Shown here piece by piece: positions 10,199-21,517 of a DNA stretch of 32,000 nucleotides (within the stretch, counting starts at the first letter, position 1; every line of letters begins with the position of its first letter). The stretch lies in the NCBI GenBank assembly GCA_001192655.1, contig BBVC01000022.1, positions 1 through 32,000 on the forward strand, given 5' to 3'. The translations under genes were made by a program, and so were the position numbers. The notes below the pieces were generated by a model. It made no database searches. It saw nothing but the letters and a program-made list of their open reading frames with translations, and had not been told where the DNA came from. The stretch is from Caedimonas varicaedens. Lineage in GTDB: Bacteria; Pseudomonadota; Alphaproteobacteria; Caedimonadales; Caedimonadaceae.

Positions 10199-11038
10199 TT
10201 GATCAACAAAAAGTTCTTGCCCAAAATTGGTTTGAAAGTCTTCGCGATCAGATCTGTGCGGCTTTTTGAAGCGATTGAAATCACGTATTGCCAGTCCCAT
10301 CCTCCTTCAGATTCAGTCCAGTTTTCCTATAAAACCTGGAAACGTGAAAGCGGGGGCGGTGGGACAATGGCGCTGATGAAAGGAAAAGTATTTGAAAAGG
10401 TAGGTGTTAATGTCTCTACTGTTTGGGGGGAGTTTTCTCCAAAATTTCGGGCAGAGATTCCTGGCGCTGTGGAAGATCCACGTTTCTGGGCAAGTGGTAT
10501 TTCTCTGGTTGCCCATATGGCTTCTCCGCTGGTACCTGCGATTCATATGAACACACGTCATATTATAACGACCAAATCCTGGTTCGGGGGGGGGACTGAT
10601 CTTACGCCTTACTATCCTTATGATGAAGATACCCGGGATTTTCATGATACTCTGCGTCAGACATGTGACGCTTTCAACAAAGACTATTACCCCAAATATA
10701 AAAAGTGGTGTGATGAATATTTTTTTCTTCCTCACCGTAAAGAACCTCGGGGAGTAGGGGGTATTTTTTATGATTATCTTGATTCAGGCTCATGGGAACG
10801 CGATTTTTCCTTTACACAAGGTGTGGGACGCGCCTTCCTTGATGTCTATCCGCGTATTATCCTGCGCCGGCTCAATCTCCCCTGGACAGAAGAGCAGCGG
10901 GAATACCAGCTTCAAAAGCGAGGACGATACGTAGAGTTCAATCTTCTATATGATCGAGGGACGCGTTTTGGCTTGATGACAGATGGCAATATAGAATCCA
11001 TTCTGATGTCCATGCCGCCTGAAGTAAAATGGGTTTAG
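10195..11038 (+). pseudogene. hemF: oxygen-dependent coproporphyrinogen III oxidase, full length but with an apparent +1 frameshift after codon ~24
   Basis: The ATG at 10195 overlaps the trmL stop (ATGA) and reads [24 protein letters not shown]. This matches the conserved HemF N-terminus (E. coli ..LQDTICQQL..). The rest of HemF (EAIE...GGGG...[13 protein letters not shown]...YKKWCDEYF...RGRYVEFNL...SMPP) is in the next frame (ORF 10199..11038). The frame switch is at the T5 run 10263..10267. Confidence 0.65.
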
Positions 11039-11059
11039 AAAAACAGGGATCAAACGATA

Positions 11060-11088
11060 TATAGCTAACAACATATAAAACGGTCATA
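11060..11088. mobile_element. solo IS630 terminal inverted repeat (about 29 bp, rest of the IS absent)
   Basis: tatagctaacaacatataaaacggtcata is identical to the end of the complete IS at 21725..21753. It is fused directly to internal hemF sequence of the inverted arm. Confidence 0.8.
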
Positions 11089-11661
11089 AAAAATACCCCC
11101 TACTCCCCGAGGTTCTTTACGGTGAGGAAGAAAAAAATATTCATCACACCACTTTTTATATTTGGGGTAATAGTCTTTGTTGAAAGCGTCACATGTCTGA
11201 CGCAGAGTATCATGAAAATCCCGGGTATCTTCATCATAAGGATAGTAAGGCGTAAGATCAGTCCCCCCCCGAACCAGGATTTGGTCGTTATAATATGACG
11301 TGTGTTCATATGAATCGCAGGTACCAGCGGAGAAGCCATATGGGCAACCAGAGAAATACCACTTGCCCAGAAACGTGGATCTTCCACAGCGCCAGGAATC
11401 TCTGCCCGAAATTTTGGAGAAAACTCCCCCCAAACAGTAGAGACATTAACACCTACCTTTTCAAATACTTTTCCTTTCATCAGCGCCATTGTCCCACCGC
11501 CCCCGCTTTCACGTTTCCAGGTTTTATAGGAAAACTGGACTGAATCTGAAGGAGGATGGGACTGGCAATACGTGATTTCAATCGCTTCAAAAAGCCGCAC
11601 AGATCTGATCGCGAAGACTTTCAAACCAATTTTGGGCAAGAACTTTTTGTTGATCAATCAT
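11084..11661 (-). pseudogene. hemF: hemF copy 2: 3'-truncated, with the shared frameshift plus an extra one
   Basis: Reverse complement of 10195..10773. C8 at 11263..11270 versus G9 at 10586..10594 in copy 1. The copy ends inside the codons for GGIFYD at the IS remnant. Confidence 0.85.
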
Positions 11662-12109
11662 GGAGATGGGAAAAGTTTTGTTTGTCTCAAGGCCTCATTT
11701 AACACCATGGCGCCCGCCAATGCAACATTGATTGAACGCCGATCGGGAAGCATGGGGATCTTGAGATGGATTTGGATTTGTTGAACAATTGTGACAGGAA
11801 CTCCAGAGCTTTCCCGACCCAAGAGAAGGGTATCATCTTTTCAAAGATAAAATCGAGAAAGGAATGGGAAGTATGGGGCGTCATCAGAATCAAACGTCCC
11901 GGACATACTTTGAGAAAGTCTTCCCATCCTTGATGGCGCGTTAGGCTTGCACGCTCGAGATAATCCATACCGGCACGCCTTAAGCCAGCATCTGATAAAG
12001 GAAACCCACATGGCTCTATAATATCAAGGGGAACACCCAGACAGGCGCCAAGTCGTAAAAGCGTCCCCGTGTTTTGGGGAATTTCAGGTTGATAAAGGGC
12101 AAGGCGCAT
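11658..12109 (-). pseudogene. trmL: trmL copy 2, frameshifted
   Basis: Identical to copy 1 up to ..FIFEK. T4 at 11838..11841 versus A5 at 10014..10018 in copy 1 changes the frame and gives a premature stop (ORF 11699..12109). Confidence 0.85.
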
Positions 12110-12312
12110 CTTTAATTTTCCCCTACGTGTTTGACTCTCCAGGTATTTTCAGGAAAAATACATAAATCTTCAAATGCTTCTTTATAAAACTTTATGATAG
12201 AATGCGACCTTGATTGATTTTATCGTTTTTCCTTTTAATTTGTCTTGCGCGAACGCATTTGGGACTTTACACTTCAAGAATTAAAAAATCACTATTAAGA
12301 ATGGATCATAGG

Positions 12313-13437
12313 ATGTCTCTGATTAACCTCGTTTATTATAATATTATTCCTTTTATCCTGGTTCTTTCTCTTCTTGTTTTTGTCCATGAATTGGGACACT
12401 ACCTTGTTGCGCGCTGGAATGGTGTAAAAGTTGAGGTGTTTTCCATTGGGTTTGGCGCTGAACTTTTCGGCTGGACAGACCGTGTGGGAACACGCTGGAA
12501 AATCAGCATCATTCCAATGGGGGGCTATGTCAAAATGTTCAGCGATCTGAACCCCGCAAGCCAACCGGACCAGACACTCATTCAAGAGATGAGCGAAAAG
12601 GATAAAGAAGTCTCTCTTTTTCATAAAACAGTCTGGCAACGAATTGCTGTTTCTGCAGCGGGTCCTTTGGCGAATTATCTCTTTGCCATTTTCCTTTTTG
12701 GAACACTTTATATTTTTATGGGACAAAAAATTCCTTCTGAGGAGACGAAAATTGGTCACATTATGCCCAAAAGCGCCGCTGAACAGGTTGGACTTCAGGA
12801 AGGTGATCTTATTCTGGATATTAATGGCATCACAACAGGAACATTTGTCGAGCTTCAGAAAATTATCCAGGAAAATCCAGGGCATGAAATTGACCTTCAT
12901 GTGCAGCGTGAAGAACAGAAGATGATGATTCGCGCAACACCCCAGGCAATAAAAGTAAGAGACCATGAAATAGGAAGGCTGGGCATTACCCCTTCCTATC
13001 ATGAAGTCAAACGTTCCCCTTTAACCGCCTATTTTTATGCCGTAGAAGACGTTCACACTTTCAGCGCAAAAACTTTGGCTCATCTGGGGCAAATGATTGT
13101 AGGCAATCAATCAACAGATGGGCTGAGCGGGCCCTTGGGGATTGCCAATTTGACAGGAGAAGTGGCACGTAAAAGTCTGGTAGACCTCATATGGTTAACA
13201 GCGTTATTGTCCATTAATTTGGGATTGATTAATCTATTCCCTGTTCCTATGCTTGATGGCGGACACCTTCTTTTCTATTTTATAGAAGCCATTCGTGGAA
13301 AAGCTGTTTCCGAAAAAGTTCAGGAAGCTGGCTATCGTATCGGATTTAGTCTTGTCATGTTGCTGGTAGTGATTTCTACATGGAATGATTTATCCCATTT
13401 GAAAGTATTTGAGTTTTTTAAAAATATCTTTAACTAG
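12313..13437 (+). CDS. rseP: RIP metalloprotease RseP, copy 2 (intact, 2 aa substitutions)
   Basis: Same length as copy 1. Differs by V->D (HEIDLHV) and Y->H (EDVHTF), plus one synonymous change (GAT/GAC). Confidence 0.8.
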   Translation: MSLINLVYYNIIPFILVLSLLVFVHELGHYLVARWNGVKVEVFSIGFGAELFGWTDRVGTRWKISIIPMGGYVKMFSDLNPASQPDQTLIQEMSEKDKEVSLFHKTVWQRIAVSAAGPLANYLFAIFLFGTLYIFMGQKIPSEETKIGHIMPKSAAEQVGLQEGDLILDINGITTGTFVELQKIIQENPGHEIDLHVQREEQKMMIRATPQAIKVRDHEIGRLGITPSYHEVKRSPLTAYFYAVEDVHTFSAKTLAHLGQMIVGNQSTDGLSGPLGIANLTGEVARKSLVDLIWLTALLSINLGLINLFPVPMLDGGHLLFYFIEAIRGKAVSEKVQEAGYRIGFSLVMLLVVISTWNDLSHLKVFEFFKNIFN

Positions 13438-13475
13438 ATCAGTATGCCTTAAATTTTTGATGTGAGGGTTGTTCG

Positions 13476-15748
13476 GTGAGAAATTTGTTTCTGGTGTTTA
13501 TTTTTAGCCTTTTTTCGTGTGTTTCTATATTTCCAGCAAATGCGGCGGGAGAACAATTTTTATATTCAGAATATACGTATTGATGGCAATGTTCGTATTG
13601 AGCGTGAAACCATACTCTCTCAAATCGACCTAAAAATGGGACAGGGATATACCCATGAAGATCTGGATAAAGCCCTGAAAAATCTCTATTCTACAGGTTT
13701 TTTTGCGGATGCTTCCCTCAGGATTGACGGGTCAACGCTTGTCATTCAAGTGAAGGAAAATCCTATTGTCAATCAAATTGAATTTGAGGGGAATGATAAA
13801 TTATCGGACGATATCCTGAAAACTGAACTTCAATTGCGCCCCCGACAAACCTATACTTTGGCGCGCCTTCGCAATGATACCCAACGCATTCAGGATCTTT
13901 ATCGCCTCAAAGGGCATTTTGCTGCAATTGTCACGCCCGAAATTATTCAGCGGGATCAAAACCGGGTCGATGTTATTTTTAAGATAAAGGAAGGTGAGCC
14001 AACAGTTGTTCGTCAAATTTTCTTCATCGGTAATAAGAAATTCGATCATAGCAAGCTTGAAAGTACAATCCAGACCAAGGAAACACGTTGGTATCGCTTT
14101 TTTACCTCTGACGATAATTATGATCCCAACCGCCTTGCCTATGATCGTGAACTATTGCGGAAGTTTTATCTCGAACATGGCTATGCTGATTTTCAAGTAA
14201 AATCAGCCGTTGCTGAACTTACGCCCGATCAGAAAGAATTTTTTATTACTTTTACCCTTCATGAAGGAGAACGTTACAAGATTGGGAAGGTAGACATTAA
14301 AACATCCCTGAAAAAGGTAAACTTAAACGCATTGCGAAAGGTGATTACTTTTTCTTCAGGTGATTGGTACAGCAGCAAGGATGTAGAAAAAACGATCTCT
14401 GCTCTGACGGATGCCTTGGGAAGCATGGGCTATGCGTTTGTTGACGTACAGCCTGATATCCAGAAAGATCAAAAAGGTCATATTCTGAACGTTACTTTCA
14501 ATATTCAGGAAGGCCCCCGTGTCTATGTGAATAAAATCCAGATTTTCCAGAATGATCGTACAGATGATGAGGTCATTCGACGGGAAGTGCGTTTTTATGA
14601 AGGTGATGCATTTAATACCTCTATTTTGAAAGATTCAGAGAAACGCCTTAAAGATCTTGGCTTCTTTAAAAAAGTGACCATCAATAAAAAACCAGGGAAT
14701 GCTCCTGATTTGGTGGATCTAGACATTCAGGTTGAAGAGGAGAGGACGGGAGAGTTGAGCTTTGGTGCAGGTTTTTCCACAGCGGATGGCCCCCTTATTG
14801 ATGCCAAGTTTGCTGAACATAATTTCCGCGGAAAAGGACAAGACCTGCGCACAGGCGTGACATTGGCCAAGCGCCGTCAGGAATATGATATTGGTTTTAC
14901 AGAACCTTATTTCCTGGGTCGTGAATTAGCCGCAGGATTTGATATTTATCGTGTCACTCGCACTCGCCTTCAAGATGCCCCGTTTGACCAGCAAATTAAT
15001 GGGGTGAGTATAAATTTGGGATATCAGTTAAGCGAGTATCTCTCTCAGGTTTTGGGGTATCGTATTCAGACTGATAATGTTAACCATATCCGCCAGAATG
15101 CTTCTCTCTATGTAAGAGAGCAAGCAGGAAATAAATTGATGTCTGCTGTTTCCCAGGAAATTGCCTATGATCGAAGAGACAGTAAAATTAATCCAACAAT
15201 GGGATACGTTATAGGTTTCGGCAATGATTTGGCAGGTCTTGGCGGAAATATCTCTTTCCTGAAAAACCAAATCAGGGGAGCTTATTATTATCCTGTGTTT
15301 TGACGATGTCGTTATTGAAGTGAGAGGACGGTACGGCATCATGTTTGGGTTGGGAAGAAAAACGCGTATTGCTGATCGCTATGTCCTGGGTGGAGAATCC
15401 TTACGTGGATTTGAGGCAGGGGGCGTGGGACCTCATGATACAGTGACCAAGGACCCCTTGGGTGGGCAACAATTCTATGCCGCCGGATTTGAGGTTACTT
15501 TCCCGATCGGTCTTCCCAATGAGCTTGGCGTAAAAGGCGCTCTTTTCTCAGATACAGGAAGCGTTTGGCAATCAAAGCTGACAGGCCCTAACCTTATTGA
15601 TAAGCCATCGTTGCGTGTTTCAGCGGGCGCTGGGTTACGCTGGAAATCTCCTATGGGCCCCATTAAGATTGATTTTGCAGAAGCCATTCTGAAAGAAAAA
15701 AGCGATCGGACACAATTTGTGCTATTCGGATTCTCATCGCGTTTTTAA
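13476..15748 (+). pseudogene. bamA: bamA copy 2, two +1 frameshifts
   Basis: GTG at 13476. T5 at 13557..13561 versus A4 at 8295..8298, and T4 at 15298..15301 versus A3 at 6556..6558. The ORF is split into 13519..15303 and 15320..15748. Also K2R and F->L substitutions. Confidence 0.88.
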
Positions 15749-15759
15749 AGGAGAAAAGG

Positions 15760-16347
15760 TTGAATTTCAAACAGCTTATTTTGGTCACTTTTATCCCGAC
15801 TTTTGTCTGTTCTGGAAACGCGATTTCTGGGCAAGAACAGAAAATTTCTTCAGAAAATAAAAATACGAAGGAATCTGGCCAACCTTATGACATTGCTGTT
15901 GTCAATATTGATAAACTTTTGCATGAATGCAAGGCGGCTAAACAAGTACAAATTGAGCTGGAAACTCAACGATTCAAGTTCCAGGAAGAAATGAAAAAAC
16001 AGGAAGAATTCTTTCTGGCGTGGGATAAAAAGCTGGTTGAACAACAAAAAGATATGAAGTCCGAAGAATTTGCGGAAAAACGCAAAGAATTTGATGCGAA
16101 ACTGGCAAAAGTACACCAAAAAGCCACCCAGCACCGTGAACAGCTTGAAGCAGCTTTTAATGAGGCTATGACAACAGTACAGGAAACGATCCTGTTATTA
16201 ATTCGTGATGCCGCCGTTGAAAATAAGTACAAACTCGTTATTCCACGAAGTTTTGTTATTTTTAGAGAAGATGCTCTTGAAATCACAGACGAACTTCTGA
16301 AAAAATTGGATGAAAAACTTCCCTCTCTCACTTTAAAATGGTCTTAA
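15760..16347 (+). CDS. OmpH/Skp-family chaperone, copy 2 (intact)
   Basis: 195-aa translation identical to 5510..6097. Confidence 0.78.
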   Translation: MNFKQLILVTFIPTFVCSGNAISGQEQKISSENKNTKESGQPYDIAVVNIDKLLHECKAAKQVQIELETQRFKFQEEMKKQEEFFLAWDKKLVEQQKDMKSEEFAEKRKEFDAKLAKVHQKATQHREQLEAAFNEAMTTVQETILLLIRDAAVENKYKLVIPRSFVIFREDALEITDELLKKLDEKLPSLTLKWS

Positions 16348-16360
16348 AAGATAAACAATC

Positions 16361-17413
16361 ATGATTGATCCACGCTTTTATAAATGTTCTGGCGCCCTTA
16401 GCCTCAAGAAGCTTTCTGAAGTTTCCGGAGCAGAAATCGTCATGCCCCTTCCTCTCAATATGACTGAAGATTCGGCTTTTGAAAATGTGGCGACTCTTGA
16501 AGATGCGACACCTTCCGATATCTCTCTGTTTCATAATCTGAAATACAGGAACGATTTTCAGAGCAGCAAGGCAGGCGTTTGTTTTACTCAGCACGCAGCC
16601 GTTGAACTTGCTCCAAAAGGAATAGCTTTATTGGTTTCTGACTCTCCCCAACGAAGCTTTGGCCTTGCTCTTGCCGCACTGTATCCTCAGGCAGAGGGAC
16701 AGATGTCCTCTATGACTTCTCCTGCCCACCCCACAGCCCAAATAGGAGAAGGAACAATCCTTGAATATGGAGTGGTGGTAAAGGAAAAAGCAAGGATTGG
16801 AAAACACTGTCGAATTGGAGCAAACACTGTGATTGGCGCCGGGGTCGATATTGGCAATCACACGTGGATTGGGCAAAATGTGACGATCTCTCATGCCATT
16901 ATTGGTTGCCGCGTTGTAATTTATCCTGGTGTACGGATAGGTCAAGCAGGTTTTGGCTTTGCCATGGATAAGAGAGGATTTGTGACAGTTCCTCAATTAG
17001 GAAGAGTCATTATCGAGGATGATGTAGAAATTGGCTCAAACGCGACGATTGATCGAGGAAGTTTGCGGGATACAATCATTGGGCAAGGATCACGCCTGGA
17101 TAACCTTGTCATGATTGCACACAATGTTGTTTTGGGAAAAGGATGCGTTCTGGTTGCACAAGTCGGCATTGCAGGAAGCACTCGATTAGGAAATTATGTC
17201 ATTGCTGCAGGCCAGGCAGGCATCATTGGACATTTAGACATCGGCAATGGCGCCCGCATTGGTGCTCAATCTGGCGTGATGAGAGACATTCCCGAGGGCG
17301 AAACTGTGCTGGGCAGTCCTGCTATTCCGCTCAAGGATTTTATGCGTCAAACTGCGACGCTTAACCGTATGGTAAAACGATCTCCAGCAGAAAGGAAGAA
17401 GACGCGTGAGTGA
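16361..17413 (+). CDS. lpxD: UDP-3-O-acylglucosamine N-acyltransferase, copy 2 (intact)
   Basis: 350-aa translation identical to copy 1. Confidence 0.88.
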   Translation: MIDPRFYKCSGALSLKKLSEVSGAEIVMPLPLNMTEDSAFENVATLEDATPSDISLFHNLKYRNDFQSSKAGVCFTQHAAVELAPKGIALLVSDSPQRSFGLALAALYPQAEGQMSSMTSPAHPTAQIGEGTILEYGVVVKEKARIGKHCRIGANTVIGAGVDIGNHTWIGQNVTISHAIIGCRVVIYPGVRIGQAGFGFAMDKRGFVTVPQLGRVIIEDDVEIGSNATIDRGSLRDTIIGQGSRLDNLVMIAHNVVLGKGCVLVAQVGIAGSTRLGNYVIAAGQAGIIGHLDIGNGARIGAQSGVMRDIPEGETVLGSPAIPLKDFMRQTATLNRMVKRSPAERKKTRE

Positions 17414-17872
17414 ACAGGAAAAAGTAAGTAAGGGTATTGTGCTGGGCTATCAGGAAATTACGGAGATGCTCCCTCACCGTTATCCTTTTTTGATGGTTGA
17501 TCGAGTTGAGAAAATTATTTCCAGTGAAAGTGCTGTGGGTTTTAAGAACGTGACCGCAAACGAATATTTTTTTCAGGGTCATTTTCCACAATATCCTATT
17601 ATGCCGGGCGTTTTGATTATTGAAGCGATCGCTCAAACCGCAGGAATTCTGGTTTGTTACAGCATGAATCTGAAAAATCAGCGACACGTCTATTTTATGT
17701 CTATTGAAGAAGCAAGGTTTCGTCGTCCTGTTGTTCCCGGAGATATATTGGAACTCAGAGTACAAAAATCCAGAATCGCAAAACGATTTGGAAATTCAAA
17801 GGAGAAGCTCTAGTCAATGGCGTTGTTCATGCTGAAACAATTTGCACGGCCATGGTCGCAGGGGATTCATAA
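17406..17872 (+). pseudogene. fabZ: fabZ copy 2, frameshifted near the C-terminus
   Basis: A5 at 17764..17768 versus T6 at 4088..4093 in copy 1. The translation diverges after ..LELRVQK and stops at 17813. The last ~34 residues of FabZ are lost. Confidence 0.85.
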
Positions 17873-17875
17873 TTA

Positions 17876-18679
17876 ATGGTCTCTTCCATCCATCCAACAG
17901 CGATTATTGAAAAATCTGTTAAAATAGGAAAAAACGTCAGGATTGGCCCTTATTGTGTCCTGACAGAACAGGTTGAGCTGGACGACGGCGTTGAGCTTAT
18001 CTCTCATGTGACGTTGGCAGGGCGCACAAAAATTGGAAAAGAAACAAAAATCTATCCCTTTAGTTCTATCGGTCATCCAACCCAGGATCTTAAATACAAG
18101 GGCGAACCTTCAACCCTGACCATTGGAGCCCACAACATCATTCGGGAATATGTGACCATTCAGGCTGGCACAGCCGGGGGAATCATGAAAACCGAGGTGG
18201 GTGATCATTGTCTTCTGATGGCCAGCACCCATGTGGCCCATGATTGTATTCTGGGAAATCGTGTGATTATGGCTAATAACGCAACGCTTGCTGGGCATGT
18301 TATTGTAGAAGATCACGTCATTATTGGCGGACTTTCTGCCATCCACCAATTTGTCCGCATCGGCACCCACGCCATTATCGGCGGCATGAGCGCCGTTGAA
18401 CACGATGTCATCCCTTATGGCGCCGTTAAGGGAGAACGGGCAAATCTTTATGGTCTTAATCTGATTGGTCTTAAACGTCGGGGAGCAGGTCGAGAAGAGA
18501 TCGAGACTTTGCGGGAAGCTTATAAAAACCTGTTCTCCCAGGACTTTACGCTGGCAGAACGCGTTCAGAAAACAGCAGAAAAATTTGTTGAAAATCCCAG
18601 AGTTATGGAGATCATCGATTTTATTCGCGCAGAATCTACACGCTCTTTATGTGTGCCAAAAGATCATGAAAGCCTCTGA
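17876..18679 (+). CDS. lpxA: acyl-ACP--UDP-GlcNAc O-acyltransferase, copy 2 (intact)
   Basis: 267-aa translation identical to copy 1. Confidence 0.88.
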   Translation: MVSSIHPTAIIEKSVKIGKNVRIGPYCVLTEQVELDDGVELISHVTLAGRTKIGKETKIYPFSSIGHPTQDLKYKGEPSTLTIGAHNIIREYVTIQAGTAGGIMKTEVGDHCLLMASTHVAHDCILGNRVIMANNATLAGHVIVEDHVIIGGLSAIHQFVRIGTHAIIGGMSAVEHDVIPYGAVKGERANLYGLNLIGLKRRGAGREEIETLREAYKNLFSQDFTLAERVQKTAEKFVENPRVMEIIDFIRAESTRSLCVPKDHESL

Positions 18680-19502
18680 ATCTCCCAAGTTAGGCATTAT
18701 TGCAGGAAGCGGTGATCTTCCAAGAGAAATTATCAAAGTCTGCCAGGCAGAGAGACGGCCCTTCCTGGTATTAGCCTATGCGGGTCAAACAGATCCTGAA
18801 ACTTATTTACAACATCCTCATATCATGGGTCGTTTAGGAAAAGTGGGAGAAGCCATTCAGGGTTTAAAAGAAGCACAGGTTAAAGAGTTGGTTCTTGCGG
18901 GGCGATTTCACAGACCCTCTTGGACAGAATTAAAGCCAGATGCCCTATGCGCAAAATGGCTTGCCCAGTCAGCAAAAAATATTTTTGGAGATGACTCTCT
19001 TTTAAAAATTATTATCCAGAACTTGGAAACGGAAGGATTTCGTGTCGTTGGTGCTGAAGAGATTATTGGGGAAAAGCTCTTGGTTCCCGAGGGAGTGTTG
19101 GGGCGCTTTCATCCCGATGAACAAGCGACAAGAGACATTGATTATGGTTTAAAAATCATCAGGGCTTTGGGAAAATGTGATATTGGACAGGCTGTTGTTG
19201 TTCAGCAAGGTCTTGTTCTGGGTGTTGAAGCGATTGAAGGGACGGATCAGCTTTTAGTGCGATGCCGGCTCTTAAAACGCGAGGGAACAGGTGGGGTATT
19301 GATAAAGATTCTTAAACCCTTTCAGGAAACACGCGCTGACCGCCCTACCATAGGACCGCAAACAATCATCCATGCCCTTGAGGCGGGCTTAAGGGGTATT
19401 GCCGTGGAAGCGGGTGGTGTTATTGTCCATCAATTGCCGAAAATAGTTGAAATTGCAGACAAAAATGACTTCTTTTTAATTGGACTGAAGATAAAATCAT
19501 GA
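18666..19502 (+). CDS. lpxI: LpxI (DUF1009), copy 2 (intact)
   Basis: Translation identical to copy 1. ATG at 18666. Confidence 0.78.
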   Translation: MKASESPKLGIIAGSGDLPREIIKVCQAERRPFLVLAYAGQTDPETYLQHPHIMGRLGKVGEAIQGLKEAQVKELVLAGRFHRPSWTELKPDALCAKWLAQSAKNIFGDDSLLKIIIQNLETEGFRVVGAEEIIGEKLLVPEGVLGRFHPDEQATRDIDYGLKIIRALGKCDIGQAVVVQQGLVLGVEAIEGTDQLLVRCRLLKREGTGGVLIKILKPFQETRADRPTIGPQTIIHALEAGLRGIAVEAGGVIVHQLPKIVEIADKNDFFLIGLKIKS

Positions 19503-19509
19503 AGAAAGA

Positions 19510-20641
19510 ATGGATATGATTCATGTTTATCTTATTGCAGGAGAGGCATCAGGAGACCAGGTAGGGGGGCGTTTGATGCAAGCTCTGCAACGCAAATCTG
19601 ATGTCACATTTTCTGGGATAGGGGGAATGCACATGGAACAGCAGGGGTTACGTAGCCTGTTCCCTATGAGCGATCTTTCCATCATGGGAATTTTTGAAGT
19701 TTTACCCCATATCCCTCATTTGCTGAAACGTCTTGGGGAAACAGAGCACGATATTCTTAAAAAACGTCCTGACGTCGTTGTGACCATTGATTCTCCGGGT
19801 TTTAATTTCAGAATTGCAAAACGCCTTAAAAAGAAAGGCTTTCCCGTCATTCATTATACAGCGCCCACAGTCTGGGCATGGCGCCCGGGGCGCGCCAAAA
19901 AAGCTGCCAAATTACTGACTCACTTGCTAACGCTTTTTCCTTTTGAGCCACCTTACTTTGAAAAAGAAGGACTCTTCACGACTTTTGTGGGACATCCACT
20001 GATTGAAATGGATATTTCTCCCCAGCGCAGGGAAGGATTCCGACAACGTTATGGTTATACAGAAGAGCAACCTCTCCTCTGTCTTTTACCAGGCAGCCGG
20101 CAGAAAGAAGTTGATAAGCTCCTACCTCTTTTTGTAGAGTCTTTTAAGACTTTTTAAGGTCACATCTTCCTGATCTTAATATCCTCTTGCCTGTTGTCCC
20201 TCATCTTGAGTCGTCCATTCGAGATCGTCTCAAGGATTCAGCATTACCCATCAGGATCATTTCTGATCCCCAGGAAAAATTGCAGCAATGGCTGCCAGCA
20301 ATATTGCTCTGGCCGCTTCTGGAACAGTAGCTCTTGAATTGGCATTGACTCAAACACCTACTGTAATCGCCTATAAAATTAATCCTCTGACAGCTTGGGT
20401 GATGCGACGTCTGATTTTGACGCCCTATGTATGCCTGGTCAATATTCTTTTAAATCAACGTGTCGTGCCGGAATTGTTACAGGAAAATTGCACAACAGAA
20501 AATATTGTAGAAAATATCCTAAAAGAAATGCAGGGAACACAGCAGGAAAAATTAAAAGAAATTCGAGCGCTTATTTCGCCTCTCAAAGGAATGCCCAGCG
20601 ATACCGCAGCGGATCAAATTTTACGATTAGTAAAACGTTAA
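19510..20641 (+). pseudogene. lpxB: lpxB copy 2, three homopolymer indels
   Basis: T4 at 20142..20145 (versus A3 at 1712..1714), T5 at 20151..20155 (versus A4 at 1703..1706) and A5 at 20275..20279 (versus T6 at 1578..1583). The ORF is split into 19510..20157 and 20288..20641 in different frames. Confidence 0.88.
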
Positions 20642-20700
20642 CAACCGATCTTGACATTTGTTTTTCAGGCAAAACATAGCCTGTATTTTACAAATATCGT

Positions 20701-20730
20701 CGTCCTAGGGAAAATCTTTTCCCTAAGACG
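20701..20730. terminator. mirror copy of the 1127..1156 hairpin
   Basis: cgtcctagggaaaa-tct-tttccctaagacg. Confidence 0.45.
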
Positions 20731-20749
20731 AGTTCTACGTTGATCAAAA

Positions 20750-21517
20750 TTAATCTTTTAGAGAATATAAAATATCCGCTGGGTCACGTACCTTACCATT
20801 TTTAAAGATATAATAGTTTGTAAACTTACCATAAAGTCTCCATGAGCTTGTAACAGTGCACATTAAAGAAGCACCTAACGCGTGCATTTCAAAATCAAAA
20901 GAAGTTTGTCCTTGTTTATAGTCCGAATGTATTTTCATAAATTTAAAAATCTTAGGATTTTTACTGTAAACTCCATACGTATCTCCCTCTTTATTTTGAA
21001 TTCCTTCAATTTTTGAGACTGTAAAAGCTTGTTGGCCCAATTTATTAGTGGCTTTTACATCTAAACTATTTTCATCGTTTAGGGTTACTCCTAATTTATA
21101 TTCAATACTTTTTTTCAAAGCCTGATTTGCCAGTATGATTAATTTAGCGTGCAGAGCTGTCTCATTACAGTCTTTTTTTTCATCTCTCATGTCTCTAACA
21201 GGTAATTTTGCAGCCACTAATTCGTCTGCATTTCCATACTCATCCCAAGAAATGCCTCCGTTATCATGGTTTTGTCTTAACTCTTCACGTTTGCGTTGAA
21301 CGTCATTCACCAGATTCTGGTCAATTTGAACTCTTTGTCGCCCCTGTCCCTGAATTTCCCTGACTTTTTCTTGAGGCAACACTTCAGGAATTTTCCCTAC
21401 TCGAATAAGCTCATTAAAAACAGCCGTACATTCCTCTTCTAAAATGGACGTAGCAAAGCTAGTGTTTGTTGCAATTAATGCCAAATTGAATAAATATAAA
21501 GCAAAAATTCTCTTCAT
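20750..21517 (-). CDS. hypothetical secreted protein, copy 2 (intact)
   Basis: Translation identical to copy 1. One synonymous difference (tct/tcc) near 21446. Confidence 0.6.
   Translation of the reverse strand: MKRIFALYLFNLALIATNTSFATSILEEECTAVFNELIRVGKIPEVLPQEKVREIQGQGRQRVQIDQNLVNDVQRKREELRQNHDNGGISWDEYGNADELVAAKLPVRDMRDEKKDCNETALHAKLIILANQALKKSIEYKLGVTLNDENSLDVKATNKLGQQAFTVSKIEGIQNKEGDTYGVYSKNPKIFKFMKIHSDYKQGQTSFDFEMHALGASLMCTVTSSWRLYGKFTNYYIFKNGKVRDPADILYSLKD

Noticed and set aside
11065-11657. ORFs 11065..11433 and 11100..11657, considered as separate genes
   Set aside because: They are the two frame fragments of the truncated, frameshifted hemF copy 2. The first reads through the IS remnant. 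They are not independent genes.
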